Of a stretch of 64,000 nt of DNA, positions 29,501-37,596 are shown in pieces. Under the pieces are notes generated by a model. It made no database searches. It was not told the origin of the DNA and saw only the letters and a list, made by a program, of their open reading frames with translations. Position 1 is the first letter of the stretch. Each line of letters opens with the position of its first letter. The position numbers were made by a program, and so were the translations under genes. Source of the DNA: Deltaproteobacteria bacterium (GTDB lineage: Bacteria > Myxococcota > Kuafuiibacteriia > Kuafuiibacteriales > Kuafuiibacteriaceae); the NCBI GenBank assembly GCA_040218735.1, contig JAVJQW010000048.1, positions 1-64,000 of the forward strand, written 5' to 3'.

Positions 29501-30495
29501 ACCTCGCCGCCGAGGTCGTCGCGATTCCGGAGCCGGTCCGCATGTGCACCGGTTGGGAGAACCCGACGGTCTACCTGCCGAACTACTACTTCCGCAGCGG
29601 CTGCGACGCGAACGTGTCGCTCGACTACGCGGAGCAGGGCACGCTGTCCGAGACCGACATCCAGGTCCCGCTGGGGCCGGCGCGTCACTCGACCATCACG
29701 TTCTCGCAGGACTACGAGACGTGGCAGCTCGACTCGGTCGGTTCGTACTTCGACAAGTCGAACATGCTGTGGCTGCTCGGCCTCCGACGCCCGACGCTGA
29801 TGCGGTTCAACTACGACCTCGACTGGCGCAACTACCAGATCAGCCTGTACCGGATCTTCGAGCCGGAGCTGCGTTCGTTCTACGACCGCCTGATCCGCTT
29901 CGATGCCTTCTTCCTCGGCCAGGACGTCGCGGAAGACCTCGGCTCGTACTGGTGCCGCAACCCCGAGGCGCCGAACGTGGTTCACGACGGCTACCTCGAG
30001 CCGCGCCGGATCATCGACGTGCAGGGTGACGACACGGTCTTCAACCCTGGCCCGCCGAGCACCTGCCAGGAGCCGGCGTTCATCTACCCGGATCTGCTCA
30101 CGAACATCCCGTACCTGGCGATGTTCTACGCCCACGCGCTGTTCTCGTCGGACTTCGACTCGCAGCTCGACCTGGGTAAGGAGCTGAAGATCTACATCAA
30201 GGGTGGCCCGGACGACTTCGTCGCCTGGGAGCAGTATCCGCACTGCGACGAAGCGCAGGCGGGTGAGAACTGCTACTGCAACTACGTCGATACCCTCTCC
30301 AACGTCGAGTACCGCGCCCTTCAGCAGGTGCGGACGGGCGCGCAGAGCATGGCTTGCCGGCTCATCGAGCGCACGATCGACGCCGACGATGATTACCAAG
30401 TGTCCGGGTCGCCGTTCTCGAAGGACGTGTGGCGCGCGTGGGTCGAACGACTCGAGTACGCCCGTGACCTCTACCGCCTCTACAACGAGCAGTGA
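26506..30495 (+). CDS. large zinc-dependent metalloprotease lipoprotein (metzincin-like), paralog 1
   Basis: SD ggagga, lipobox GSAGC. HEIGHNLGLAH zinc motif, Met-turn-like TVMEY. Confidence 0.85.
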   Translation: MKVRNAGGQFLTILGAAATVALGSAGCDPRNDDINRVQPGYVRKAIFQTEDEWHYQRAITHAETTNAYVIEGLGDWFVDRVKFKIQENVLIAYKPYEPIPGAGYQELEGNEFYEGPILAAWPIVSHFDIIRGYDPATNLNTNVIQENTTDQVWHEREYMRVNWATNLVEYSPFTFWADYTLAWFPVSIVADGGFWTNLETRPTDPHAARFSDDYVEYSLSAFVGMDVWTCYQFTGYSIVAGLDGCGFGEAKVRYSFVRIKEPSDYIPRDYPDSVVRKGPDGEPIYDAETGEVVRESIYNRFGFFRTETPTYDRGYGHTESGRLFRAMNFPLWKKHLDDAGNPIPMAQREPKPIIYYLNAEYPERYKRAAFESGADYNRIFSNMVADLKGVSFDDIQAMTADGSGNQGMFQIRQNDCNEDNIVAFVSENPDLLFAVERAVCTGDTPCAINNVDDVRTKVGLGNLRVTCTSLEAATIDPMTGDSAFSWQRHGDGRYSMLVWLNNPQRSGWGGLGLGHADARTGETVNAHALIRGVYYEIGAARVLDYIDYINGETTAEDIIYGQSIRKSVQRAVDDYNRISNLQASQTALNLIDGRLRQFGSTPEERLREDPAPNHQRTRLEKIHGTRLEEKLLNWQDISLASEGMWNHPDQGALDQVIPDSNFEATQRSLRSEILRRASPAGRIEQLDPLSNQNLHRTRALGSTGLCFLENDVDPHWAGLAIELSREPDRAVRFQKIADRLIKHVILHEIGHNLGLAHNFEGTYDALNYHDNFWKLAWSSPAEKDLGAFDEYRHTTVMEYMSAKGLFADFLGKYDEAALRFAYANQVAVFNNAQVDPDLQGGEALREWRYRNDYMKIPDHICDNCTTTSARQEVLADRAWVEFDPQNPPQYEIPFLFCDNYYNRMTPFCSTFDYGSNMREIFANYKQMWSGYFLFNNFGRDRLAPFGWNIGSAITTIIWPMLFTATLSQYYYYLDAIAPNEFASWDLKADMFAALGSGLNLAAEVVAIPEPVRMCTGWENPTVYLPNYYFRSGCDANVSLDYAEQGTLSETDIQVPLGPARHSTITFSQDYETWQLDSVGSYFDKSNMLWLLGLRRPTLMRFNYDLDWRNYQISLYRIFEPELRSFYDRLIRFDAFFLGQDVAEDLGSYWCRNPEAPNVVHDGYLEPRRIIDVQGDDTVFNPGPPSTCQEPAFIYPDLLTNIPYLAMFYAHALFSSDFDSQLDLGKELKIYIKGGPDDFVAWEQYPHCDEAQAGENCYCNYVDTLSNVEYRALQQVRTGAQSMACRLIERTIDADDDYQVSGSPFSKDVWRAWVERLEYARDLYRLYNEQ

Positions 30496-30515
30496 GAAGG
30501 GGAGGCGAAGAGAAA

Positions 30516-33500
30516 ATGATGAAGAACGACGTGATCAAGATTTCCGCCGGATTGGCCGCGGTCCTCGCCTTCGGGTGCGCGCCGTCGGTCCAGACCATCG
30601 ACCGGACGCAGCCGAACGCGCTTCACAAGAGCCAGTTCGAAGGCATCTGGTACCACCGCTCGATGGTGGTCGAGTCGGACCCGCAGGCGGGCCCGATCGA
30701 GGGCATCACCTCGAACATGGAGAAGCTGCGGTGGGACATCACCGAGGGTCTCCTGATCGGCTACCGGACGTACGAGTTCCTGCCGTACGCCGAGGGGCTC
30801 ACCGACGAGGGTCGGGACTTCTTCGGCGCACCGGTGGTGGCGTACGCCATCACGAGCCACTTCGACATCCAGCGTGAGTACAACGCGGTGACGGGTGTCG
30901 AGACGAACGTCGTGTCGGAGAACACGGCGGATCGTCCGTGGTACCAGCGTGAGTACATGCGCGTCGACTGGACCACGAACCTCGTCGGTTCGCGGTTCGT
31001 CACGGGCTTCGTGAGCTACCCGGACGCGTACCTCTCGGCGGTCTCCGCGGTGAAGTACTTCGCCCAGGGCGAGACCGAGACCGACGTCGACCGTCCGATC
31101 TTCACGGAGGACTACTTCGACATCACGAACCGTCTCAGCCTCGAGCCGAACGCTTCGTACTGCATCCTGATGCTGCTCATTCAGTCGACGCCGCGCTGCG
31201 GTACGGCGAACTCGAAGGTCCGCCTGTCGTTCCGCAAGGTCGACCCGAGCGACGACTACGAGACGCTGTACTACCCCGACGAGCTCGAGCTGAAGGACGA
31301 CGCCGGCAACGCGCTGATCCTCAACTTCGACGGTCGTGAGTGCGACGCCAACCGTGACCCGAGCGAGTGCTCGGCGCGCACGTTCTGGATGGACGGGCGG
31401 TTCGGTAACTTCCGCCGTCAGCGCAACGCGTTCGACCGCGAGCGTTTCCTCACCCGCACGGGCCGTATCTTCGTGGCCGGTCGTTACGACATCTGGCAGG
31501 ACCACTTCGACGAGCAGGGTTCGGTCATCCCGTTCACCGCCCGCGAGGCCAAGCCGATCGTCTACTACGGAAACGTGAAGTTCCCGACGGACATGGTCGC
31601 GCCGGCCGAGAAGATGGCGACGTTCTACAACGTGCCGTTCTCCGAGATCATCGCGTTCCACAAGGGCTACTTCGACAGCGAGGGGCGCCCCGACTGGCAG
31701 CGCGTGAACAACGAGATGGGGCAGGACATGTTCCAGTTCCGCGTCAACGACTGCAGCCCGGAGAACGTGCGCAACTACGCGAACGAGAACGGCCTGATGG
31801 ACGTCGTCAACCGCATCGCGGGCTCGGCAGATCGTCTCGCGCCCGGCAACATCGAGCAGGTGTGCGCGGCGATGCAGTACACGGAGCTCCAGTCCGGCAA
31901 GACGCTGGACCCCAAGGTCGCGGCGCGCACCGGCCAGGGCCTCGCGTTCACGTGGCAGCGCAAGGGCGACCTCCGCATCAACATGAACAACTACATCAGC
32001 CAGGACCAGGGCGGTCCCTGGGGTGTGGCGCAGTTCGGTCAGGATCCGGAGACGGGTGAGTTCGTCGGCAACGTCGCGAACTACTTCGGCAACGCGGGTG
32101 ACGTGATCTCCCAGCGTGGCGTCGACATCATCCAGTGGCTCAACGGCGACCTCGACGAGCAGGAGCTCTTCCGCGGCGACATCGCGCGCAACACGGTCGT
32201 GTCGCGCCGCTCGGTCCGCAACAACGGCATCCGCGACGTCGTGATGAGCGCGCTCAAGCAGCACGAGGACAACACGCTCGACAAGATCGGTGGGCAGATC
32301 CTCGCCGAGGCCTCCGTCCTCTCCGAGGAGGAGCGCTTCGAGCGTATGTTCGGCGGCACCGACATCGAGCGCGACCTGCTCGTGAACGACGAGCTGCTCC
32401 GCGGCCTCGCCGGCCCCGAGCTCTTCCAGCCGCTGGGCGGCGCGCCTCTCGGTGCGAGCGGTGCGCTCGCGGGCGGTTCGCCGCTCGTCCCGGGTGAGGT
32501 CTCCCAGAACGCGATCGACGCTGCGTCGCCGATCAGCTGGGGTGTCACGCCCGAGACCAACGAGTACATGGTCGCCGCCTACGAGTTCGGCCGTCGCGCC
32601 GTCGACATGGCGGACTTCTTCGACCCGAACTTCAGCGGCCTCGCCGAGTTCTTCAAGGGCGAGGATCGCGACTACATCTGGGATTGGATGCGCCACGAGA
32701 TGTTCACGGCGGTCCAGGGCCACGAGGTTGGTCACACGGTCGGTCTGCGCCACAACTTCGCGGCGTCGATGGACCCGGCGAACTACCGCCCCGAGTTCTG
32801 GTGGCTGGAGACGGACGATGGCTCCGAGCCCATCCAGTACTGGGATCCGGAGAACCACCCGACCCCCGACTTCAAGCACCGCGGCAACGAGTACAAGTAC
32901 GCGTCCATCATGGACTACGGCTTCGACCTCCCGCTCGAGGGGCTCCACGGCCTGGGCCGGTACGACGAGGCGGCGATCCGCTTCATCTACGGTCAGCTGA
33001 TGGAGGTCTGGGACAACGCGAAGGTCTCGATTCCGGACCCGCGTAAGTACGGCACGTACGCGCAGCGCTGCGGCTACGACAGCGACTACATGAGCAACGG
33101 GTTCTTCATGTTCTGGCTCACGCCGGAGTCGTATCCCCGTCTGTTCTCGTCGGCGCCGAAGGACCAGCGTCCCTGCGCGAACCAGTACGACAACCCGAGC
33201 ATCGGCGACACGTGTGACTCCGAGATCGACGGCATCATGCGTGAGTTCGCGATCCGCAACGAGGCCGCGAACCTCGGCAACAACGAGCCGACGTCCTGCG
33301 GTCTGTTCATCGCGGACCTGAACTGGCTGTTCGACCAGGTGAAGAGCCTGCCGCCGAACGCGCAGAACCTCGCCAACGCGCGCAAGCTCGTTCGCGTCGA
33401 GGACATGATTCGCCAGGAGATCGAAGTCCTGACGAACCCGCCGGAGTACGACGACCTCGCGACGACCGAGAACGAAGCCGCCAACCTCGTCGACGACGAC

Positions 33501-34901
33501 GAAGACGGCGTCCTCGACGACAAGGGGTACGACTGGTCGCGCTACATGCACGCGGTCAACTACGAGTACTGCTCGGACCTGTTCGCGAACTTCTCGAACC
33601 CGTACTGCCAGCGTTGGGACACGGGTTGGGACTTCGAAGAGGCGACCGACTACCACATCAACCGGCACGACCGGGATTACATCTTCAACCACTTCCGCCG
33701 CGACGCGTTCTCGGCGACCGGTTGGGGCAACCCGCGTGCGTACATGTCGCGTCTGCTGTCGCGGCGCCTGTTCCACATGGTCAACACGTTCCGGTACTTC
33801 CTCTACACGCGCCGCACGGCGCTCGAGGCGGACCGGTTCATCGACTGGCGTGAGGCGGCCTACAAGGGCGTCAACATGCTCGACCGCATGATCCAGGAGC
33901 CGGAGCCGGGCACGTACTGCCTGAACGAGACGGAGAACCGGTACGAGATGTGGACCGGCGCGAGCGAGCCGACGGACGCGCAGTGCAACGCGAAGTTCAC
34001 GACCGAGCTGGGTTACGGCGGTGGCCGCTACCTGAACTCGAGCTGGACGACCGAGTACTTCTACAAGGCGAACCGCATTGGTTACCTGTACGACAAGCTC
34101 GCCGCGATTCAGCAGATGACGTCGTCCTCCGGGCGCTTCGTCCGCGACATCTCGGACTTGTTCGACCGTCGTGCGTTCTCGCTGGGTTACCTGCGTGTCT
34201 ACCTCGACCCGATGCTGCAGCGCTTCGCGGCGCTCATCGAAGGCAACCACTGGGGTTACCGTCCTCGCGTCGTCGGCACGCCGCCGGCGGGCGGCGAGGC
34301 GGACGAGCGGTTCGTGCGGTACATGCCGCTCTTCGACGAGGAGGCCGACGAGGCGGGCGCGAGTGTCCGCGAGCAGATCGCTCCGCTGCCGTACATCGAG
34401 CCGGCGTGGTCGTGGACGCTCCAGTACTGGGCGCTCGCGTTTGCGATCTCCAACTGGTCGTCGGTCAACGACTACGCGCCGGAGTTCTACCGGCTGACGA
34501 AGATCGCGATCGCCGGCACGGCGGAGGACGTCGAGTACCCGCCGAACGTGGAGGTCATCGAGTACACGGATCCGCAGACGCTGATCACGTACCGCGCTCC
34601 GGTCATCGAAGCGTTCGTCGACCCGGGCATCCAGAACCAGGAGTTCGAAGCCTACTTCGGCGACCTCGCGCACCGGCGGCGAGGCGAGTTCCGCAACTGG
34701 GGCATCGGCGCGAACCTCCTCGAGGACGCGAGGCTGTTCACGGAAGACGTGTACAACCCGGCGCTCACCGCGTGTGAAGCGGCGGGCCGGCCGAGCACGG
34801 CGTGTGACGAGCTCGACCGCGCGGCGCTGACGCTGAACGAGAAGGTGGGCTTCATCGACCAGGTGCGTAAGTACAACGCCCGGGCCGAGAACCCGTTCTA
34901 G
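30516..34901 (+). CDS. large zinc-dependent metalloprotease lipoprotein (metzincin-like), paralog 2
   Basis: SD ggagg, lipobox LAFGC. HEVGHTVGLRH, SIMDY. Collinear with paralog 1 (SHFDI, REYMRVxW, FxWQRxGDxR). Confidence 0.85.
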   Translation: MMKNDVIKISAGLAAVLAFGCAPSVQTIDRTQPNALHKSQFEGIWYHRSMVVESDPQAGPIEGITSNMEKLRWDITEGLLIGYRTYEFLPYAEGLTDEGRDFFGAPVVAYAITSHFDIQREYNAVTGVETNVVSENTADRPWYQREYMRVDWTTNLVGSRFVTGFVSYPDAYLSAVSAVKYFAQGETETDVDRPIFTEDYFDITNRLSLEPNASYCILMLLIQSTPRCGTANSKVRLSFRKVDPSDDYETLYYPDELELKDDAGNALILNFDGRECDANRDPSECSARTFWMDGRFGNFRRQRNAFDRERFLTRTGRIFVAGRYDIWQDHFDEQGSVIPFTAREAKPIVYYGNVKFPTDMVAPAEKMATFYNVPFSEIIAFHKGYFDSEGRPDWQRVNNEMGQDMFQFRVNDCSPENVRNYANENGLMDVVNRIAGSADRLAPGNIEQVCAAMQYTELQSGKTLDPKVAARTGQGLAFTWQRKGDLRINMNNYISQDQGGPWGVAQFGQDPETGEFVGNVANYFGNAGDVISQRGVDIIQWLNGDLDEQELFRGDIARNTVVSRRSVRNNGIRDVVMSALKQHEDNTLDKIGGQILAEASVLSEEERFERMFGGTDIERDLLVNDELLRGLAGPELFQPLGGAPLGASGALAGGSPLVPGEVSQNAIDAASPISWGVTPETNEYMVAAYEFGRRAVDMADFFDPNFSGLAEFFKGEDRDYIWDWMRHEMFTAVQGHEVGHTVGLRHNFAASMDPANYRPEFWWLETDDGSEPIQYWDPENHPTPDFKHRGNEYKYASIMDYGFDLPLEGLHGLGRYDEAAIRFIYGQLMEVWDNAKVSIPDPRKYGTYAQRCGYDSDYMSNGFFMFWLTPESYPRLFSSAPKDQRPCANQYDNPSIGDTCDSEIDGIMREFAIRNEAANLGNNEPTSCGLFIADLNWLFDQVKSLPPNAQNLANARKLVRVEDMIRQEIEVLTNPPEYDDLATTENEAANLVDDDEDGVLDDKGYDWSRYMHAVNYEYCSDLFANFSNPYCQRWDTGWDFEEATDYHINRHDRDYIFNHFRRDAFSATGWGNPRAYMSRLLSRRLFHMVNTFRYFLYTRRTALEADRFIDWREAAYKGVNMLDRMIQEPEPGTYCLNETENRYEMWTGASEPTDAQCNAKFTTELGYGGGRYLNSSWTTEYFYKANRIGYLYDKLAAIQQMTSSSGRFVRDISDLFDRRAFSLGYLRVYLDPMLQRFAALIEGNHWGYRPRVVGTPPAGGEADERFVRYMPLFDEEADEAGASVREQIAPLPYIEPAWSWTLQYWALAFAISNWSSVNDYAPEFYRLTKIAIAGTAEDVEYPPNVEVIEYTDPQTLITYRAPVIEAFVDPGIQNQEFEAYFGDLAHRRRGEFRNWGIGANLLEDARLFTEDVYNPALTACEAAGRPSTACDELDRAALTLNEKVGFIDQVRKYNARAENPF

Positions 34902-34916
34902 CGGGAAGCTAAGAAC

Positions 34917-34990
34917 GCACGCGGACGCCTCGGCGCCCGCGTGCCGCGGAGCCCTCCCTGCCTTCGGGCGCGGAGGGCTTCGTTGCGTTG
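34917..34990 (+). terminator. double hairpin, probable intrinsic terminator of the protease pair
   Basis: gcacgcgg..ccgcgtgc (34917-34944), then agccctcc-ctgcc-ttcg-ggcgc-ggagggct (34950-34979) followed by a T-containing tail. Confidence 0.6.
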
Positions 34991-35015
34991 ACGCCTCCCC
35001 GACGCGCCTTACATT
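34988..35015 (+). promoter_or_regulatory. sigma70-type promoter positioned for a leaderless transcript
   Basis: TTGACG-16 nt-TACATT, ending 6 nt before ATG 35022. No SD. Confidence 0.5.
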
Positions 35016-35021
35016 CGGTGG

Positions 35022-35834
35022 ATGCTCGAGCACCCGACCGGCGCCGCGGCTTCGCCGCGCCCCCTGGGCACCTCACCCGCTTCCCCCCTGACGGGCGGGC
35101 GCGGGCTCGAGCACCCGGCCGGCTCCGCGGCTTCGCCGCGCCCCCTGGGCACCTCACCCGCTTCCCCCCTGACGGGCGGGCGCGGGCTCGAGCACCCGAC
35201 CGGCGCCGCGGCTTCGCCGCGCCCCCTGGGCACCTCACCCGCTTCCCCCCTGGCGGGCGGGCGCGGGCTCGAGCTGCATCTCACGCTCGACGTTCCGTCG
35301 GAGGTCGACGATGCGCGGCTGCGCGCGTGGCAGGACGACCGTCAGCTGCAGCGCACGCACGTCGTCCTCGGTGACGCCGGTAGCCACGTGCTCCTCACCG
35401 CGCACGGGCGTTGGTCTCTCGACGAAGCGCTGCGCCAGGCTCGCTCCCACGCGGAGACGCTCCGCGACGCCTTCGGCGTCGGCGTCTCGCGCACCAAGAT
35501 CGAGGCGCACCTCGACGCGGAGGGTGGGCTCTACATCGAGCACCACTTGAAGGTGCGCTTCCGAGCGCAGCGCCTCGGGGATGTTCGCGGCGTGGCCGCC
35601 GCGACCGGGGCGCACCTGTCCCGGACCGCCAGCGCGCGCGAGGGGGACTTCGAGGCGCGCTTCCTCACGCAGCGCTTCGACGCCCACGCGCGCGATGCGG
35701 CCGACGCCGCACTCGCGACGCTGACGGATGCGCTTCACGCCGCGGGCCTCGACATCACGAAGGTCGTCCGCGAGCGCGCCCTCTACGACGACAACGTCGC
35801 GCTCGACGACGACTGGATCGGAGGAACGCCATGA
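35022..35834 (+). CDS. uncharacterised His/Glu-motif protein coupled to an AbiEii-family toxin, with an N-terminal 3x27-aa repeat insertion
   Basis: After the repeats: LELHLTL, SRTKIEA, YIEHHLKV, AHLSR, RFLTQR, YDDNVALDDDW. ATGA overlap with the next gene. Confidence 0.7.
   Translation: MLEHPTGAAASPRPLGTSPASPLTGGRGLEHPAGSAASPRPLGTSPASPLTGGRGLEHPTGAAASPRPLGTSPASPLAGGRGLELHLTLDVPSEVDDARLRAWQDDRQLQRTHVVLGDAGSHVLLTAHGRWSLDEALRQARSHAETLRDAFGVGVSRTKIEAHLDAEGGLYIEHHLKVRFRAQRLGDVRGVAAATGAHLSRTASAREGDFEARFLTQRFDAHARDAADAALATLTDALHAAGLDITKVVRERALYDDNVALDDDWIGGTP
35024..35274. repeat. three tandem 81-bp palindromic (REP/MITE-like) units, each bounded by GCTCGAGC
   Basis: Units start at 35024, 35105 and 35186, with a closing GCTCGAGC at 35267. 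Copies differ by 1-3 nt. Internal hairpins cgcggc-ttc-gccgcg, gccc-cct-gggc, cccgc...gcggg. Confidence 0.92.
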
Positions 35835-36760
35835 TCTGGAACTGGTTCACCAAGGCGAAGGACACCACCGCGTCCGCGCCGAAGCCCCGACGCAGCCACC
35901 CGCTCGGCTACGTCGAGGATCCCACGCGGCCCGACGTCTTCGATCCCGCGCTGATGCACTACCCGAACGGGTTCGTGAAGGGCGCGCCGGGGCCCGCCGG
36001 GACGGACGCCCAGCGCGCGTACCGCGCGCTGCAGGCCCGAGCCCTCGACGCCGCGCTCGCGGCGATCGCGACGTCATCACACGCGTCGGAGTACGTGCTC
36101 CGCGGTAGCGTGGCGCTGGCGCGCTGGTTCCCCGATGCGGCACGCGCGCCGAAGGACATCGACCTCGTCGTCGCGTCGAAGACGGTGACACCCGCGGACG
36201 CACGTCCGTGGATCGATGAGCTCTGCGCGGCCATCCCCGCGCGGCTCGATCGACGCGGCTTTTCGCCATCGACGCCGACCGTCGATGGGATCTGGACCTA
36301 CGAGCGCGCCGAGGGCCGACGCATCACTGCGCCGTGGACGCGCGACGATCTGCGCGGAGAGGTGCAGGTCGATCTCGTCTTCCACGAAGAGATCATCGAG
36401 GCGCCGGTGGAGACCTCCTTCGACGGAGGGCGGTACACGCTGAAGCTCGCGACGCCTGCGGAGTCGCTCGCCTGGAAGCTGCTGTGGCTCGCCACCGACA
36501 TGCATCCGCAGGGGAAGGACGTCTACGACGCGATCCTGCTCGCCGAGCACACGCCGATTCCGCGTCCCTTGCTGGCGCGGGTGCTGGCCAACGCCGACGA
36601 GCGCGTCGAGCCGCCGCCGGAAGCAGAAGAGCTGGGCGCTTGGCGTGAGCTCGAGGCGCTGGCGTGGATCGACTGGGCGCACTTCACGAACGCGTACCCC
36701 GAGCTCGTGGGTGGGGAGGGCTACGTCACGCAGCTGAAGGCCGCGCTTCGGTTCGCGTGA
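35831..36760 (+). CDS. nucleotidyltransferase, AbiEii/AbiGii (DUF1814) toxin family
   Basis: VLRGSVAL...R.PKDIDL catalytic motif, QVDLVF, ESLAWK, KDVYD. SD gagga. Confidence 0.8.
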   Translation: MIWNWFTKAKDTTASAPKPRRSHPLGYVEDPTRPDVFDPALMHYPNGFVKGAPGPAGTDAQRAYRALQARALDAALAAIATSSHASEYVLRGSVALARWFPDAARAPKDIDLVVASKTVTPADARPWIDELCAAIPARLDRRGFSPSTPTVDGIWTYERAEGRRITAPWTRDDLRGEVQVDLVFHEEIIEAPVETSFDGGRYTLKLATPAESLAWKLLWLATDMHPQGKDVYDAILLAEHTPIPRPLLARVLANADERVEPPPEAEELGAWRELEALAWIDWAHFTNAYPELVGGEGYVTQLKAALRFA

Positions 36761-36763
36761 AGG

Positions 36764-37498
36764 TCAGCTCTCGACGCGGCCCCAGAGGGGCGTCCACTTC
36801 ACGTTGTCGCGGGAGCGTTCATCGTTCGACTCGATGATGATCGCCGAGCTGCGGATCGTCTCGGTGGTGTGGTAGCGCAGCTCGATGTCCATCACCTCGC
36901 CGGGGCGGAGCTGGACGACCTGCTCGATCGGGTTCAACAGCTCGAACGCGCTCGGGTTGTAGAAGGCGCCCGCCTCCGGGTTCGGGCCCAGGTAGATGCG
37001 GGAGATGCGCACGGGTTCCATGCCGTCGGACGTGATGCGGAGGATCTTGTCCATGTAGGGCTCGTCCGACTTCGGCGCGAAGAACACGATGTTCTCCGCG
37101 TAGCTCAGCGAGCGCACCAGCGGCCGCGGATTGACGATGTTGTCGCGGCTGTAGAGCTCGGTCTGCGGCTTCGACCAGATGCCGTCCGCGTCCTGCGCAA
37201 CGAACATCAGCAGGACGGCGTCGTCGTCGAACGTGAGCGGCTCCGTGTACTCGATCGCCGATTCTCCGGTGGGCGCGGTGCCGTCGAGCGTGTAGAACAA
37301 GCGCGAGGGCCGGTCCGACAGCAGTCGGACCGTAACGGCTTCCTCGTAGGTGTGGCCCTTGGGCTGAGCGGAAACCCAGAGCGATGCGTGATCGATGGAG
37401 TCAGGATCGGTGTGCTCGGGATCGTGTCCCGCACAGGCAGCAAAACTGGCGGCCGCAATCACCGATACCAGGTGATTCGCCCACGAATTGCGGTTCAT
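36764..37498 (-). CDS. lipoprotein with chitobiase/beta-hexosaminidase C-terminal (FN3-associated) domain and an Ig-like domain
   Basis: SD ggagg, lipobox SFAAC, LFYTLDGTAPT...YTEPL. Confidence 0.7.
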   Translation of the reverse strand: MNRNSWANHLVSVIAAASFAACAGHDPEHTDPDSIDHASLWVSAQPKGHTYEEAVTVRLLSDRPSRLFYTLDGTAPTGESAIEYTEPLTFDDDAVLLMFVAQDADGIWSKPQTELYSRDNIVNPRPLVRSLSYAENIVFFAPKSDEPYMDKILRITSDGMEPVRISRIYLGPNPEAGAFYNPSAFELLNPIEQVVQLRPGEVMDIELRYHTTETIRSSAIIIESNDERSRDNVKWTPLWGRVES

Positions 37499-37596
37499 CC
37501 AACCTCCCAGTCTTCGTACCCCGAGCCGGCCGACCGAAGTCGACGCCGACAGTTCCGCCCAGAATCCCAATGTAGTTGCACTCTGACGATTTGTAA

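Noticed and set aside
26158-35033. Very long minus-strand ORFs (1413 aa and 1517 aa) opposite the metalloproteases
   Set aside because: Antisense shadows of strongly GC3-biased genes. They are V/R/D/E-rich, have no motifs and mirror the real gene boundaries.
35024-35274. 81-bp array considered as a CRISPR array
   Set aside because: The units are near-identical over their whole length, with no unique spacers and no cas genes.
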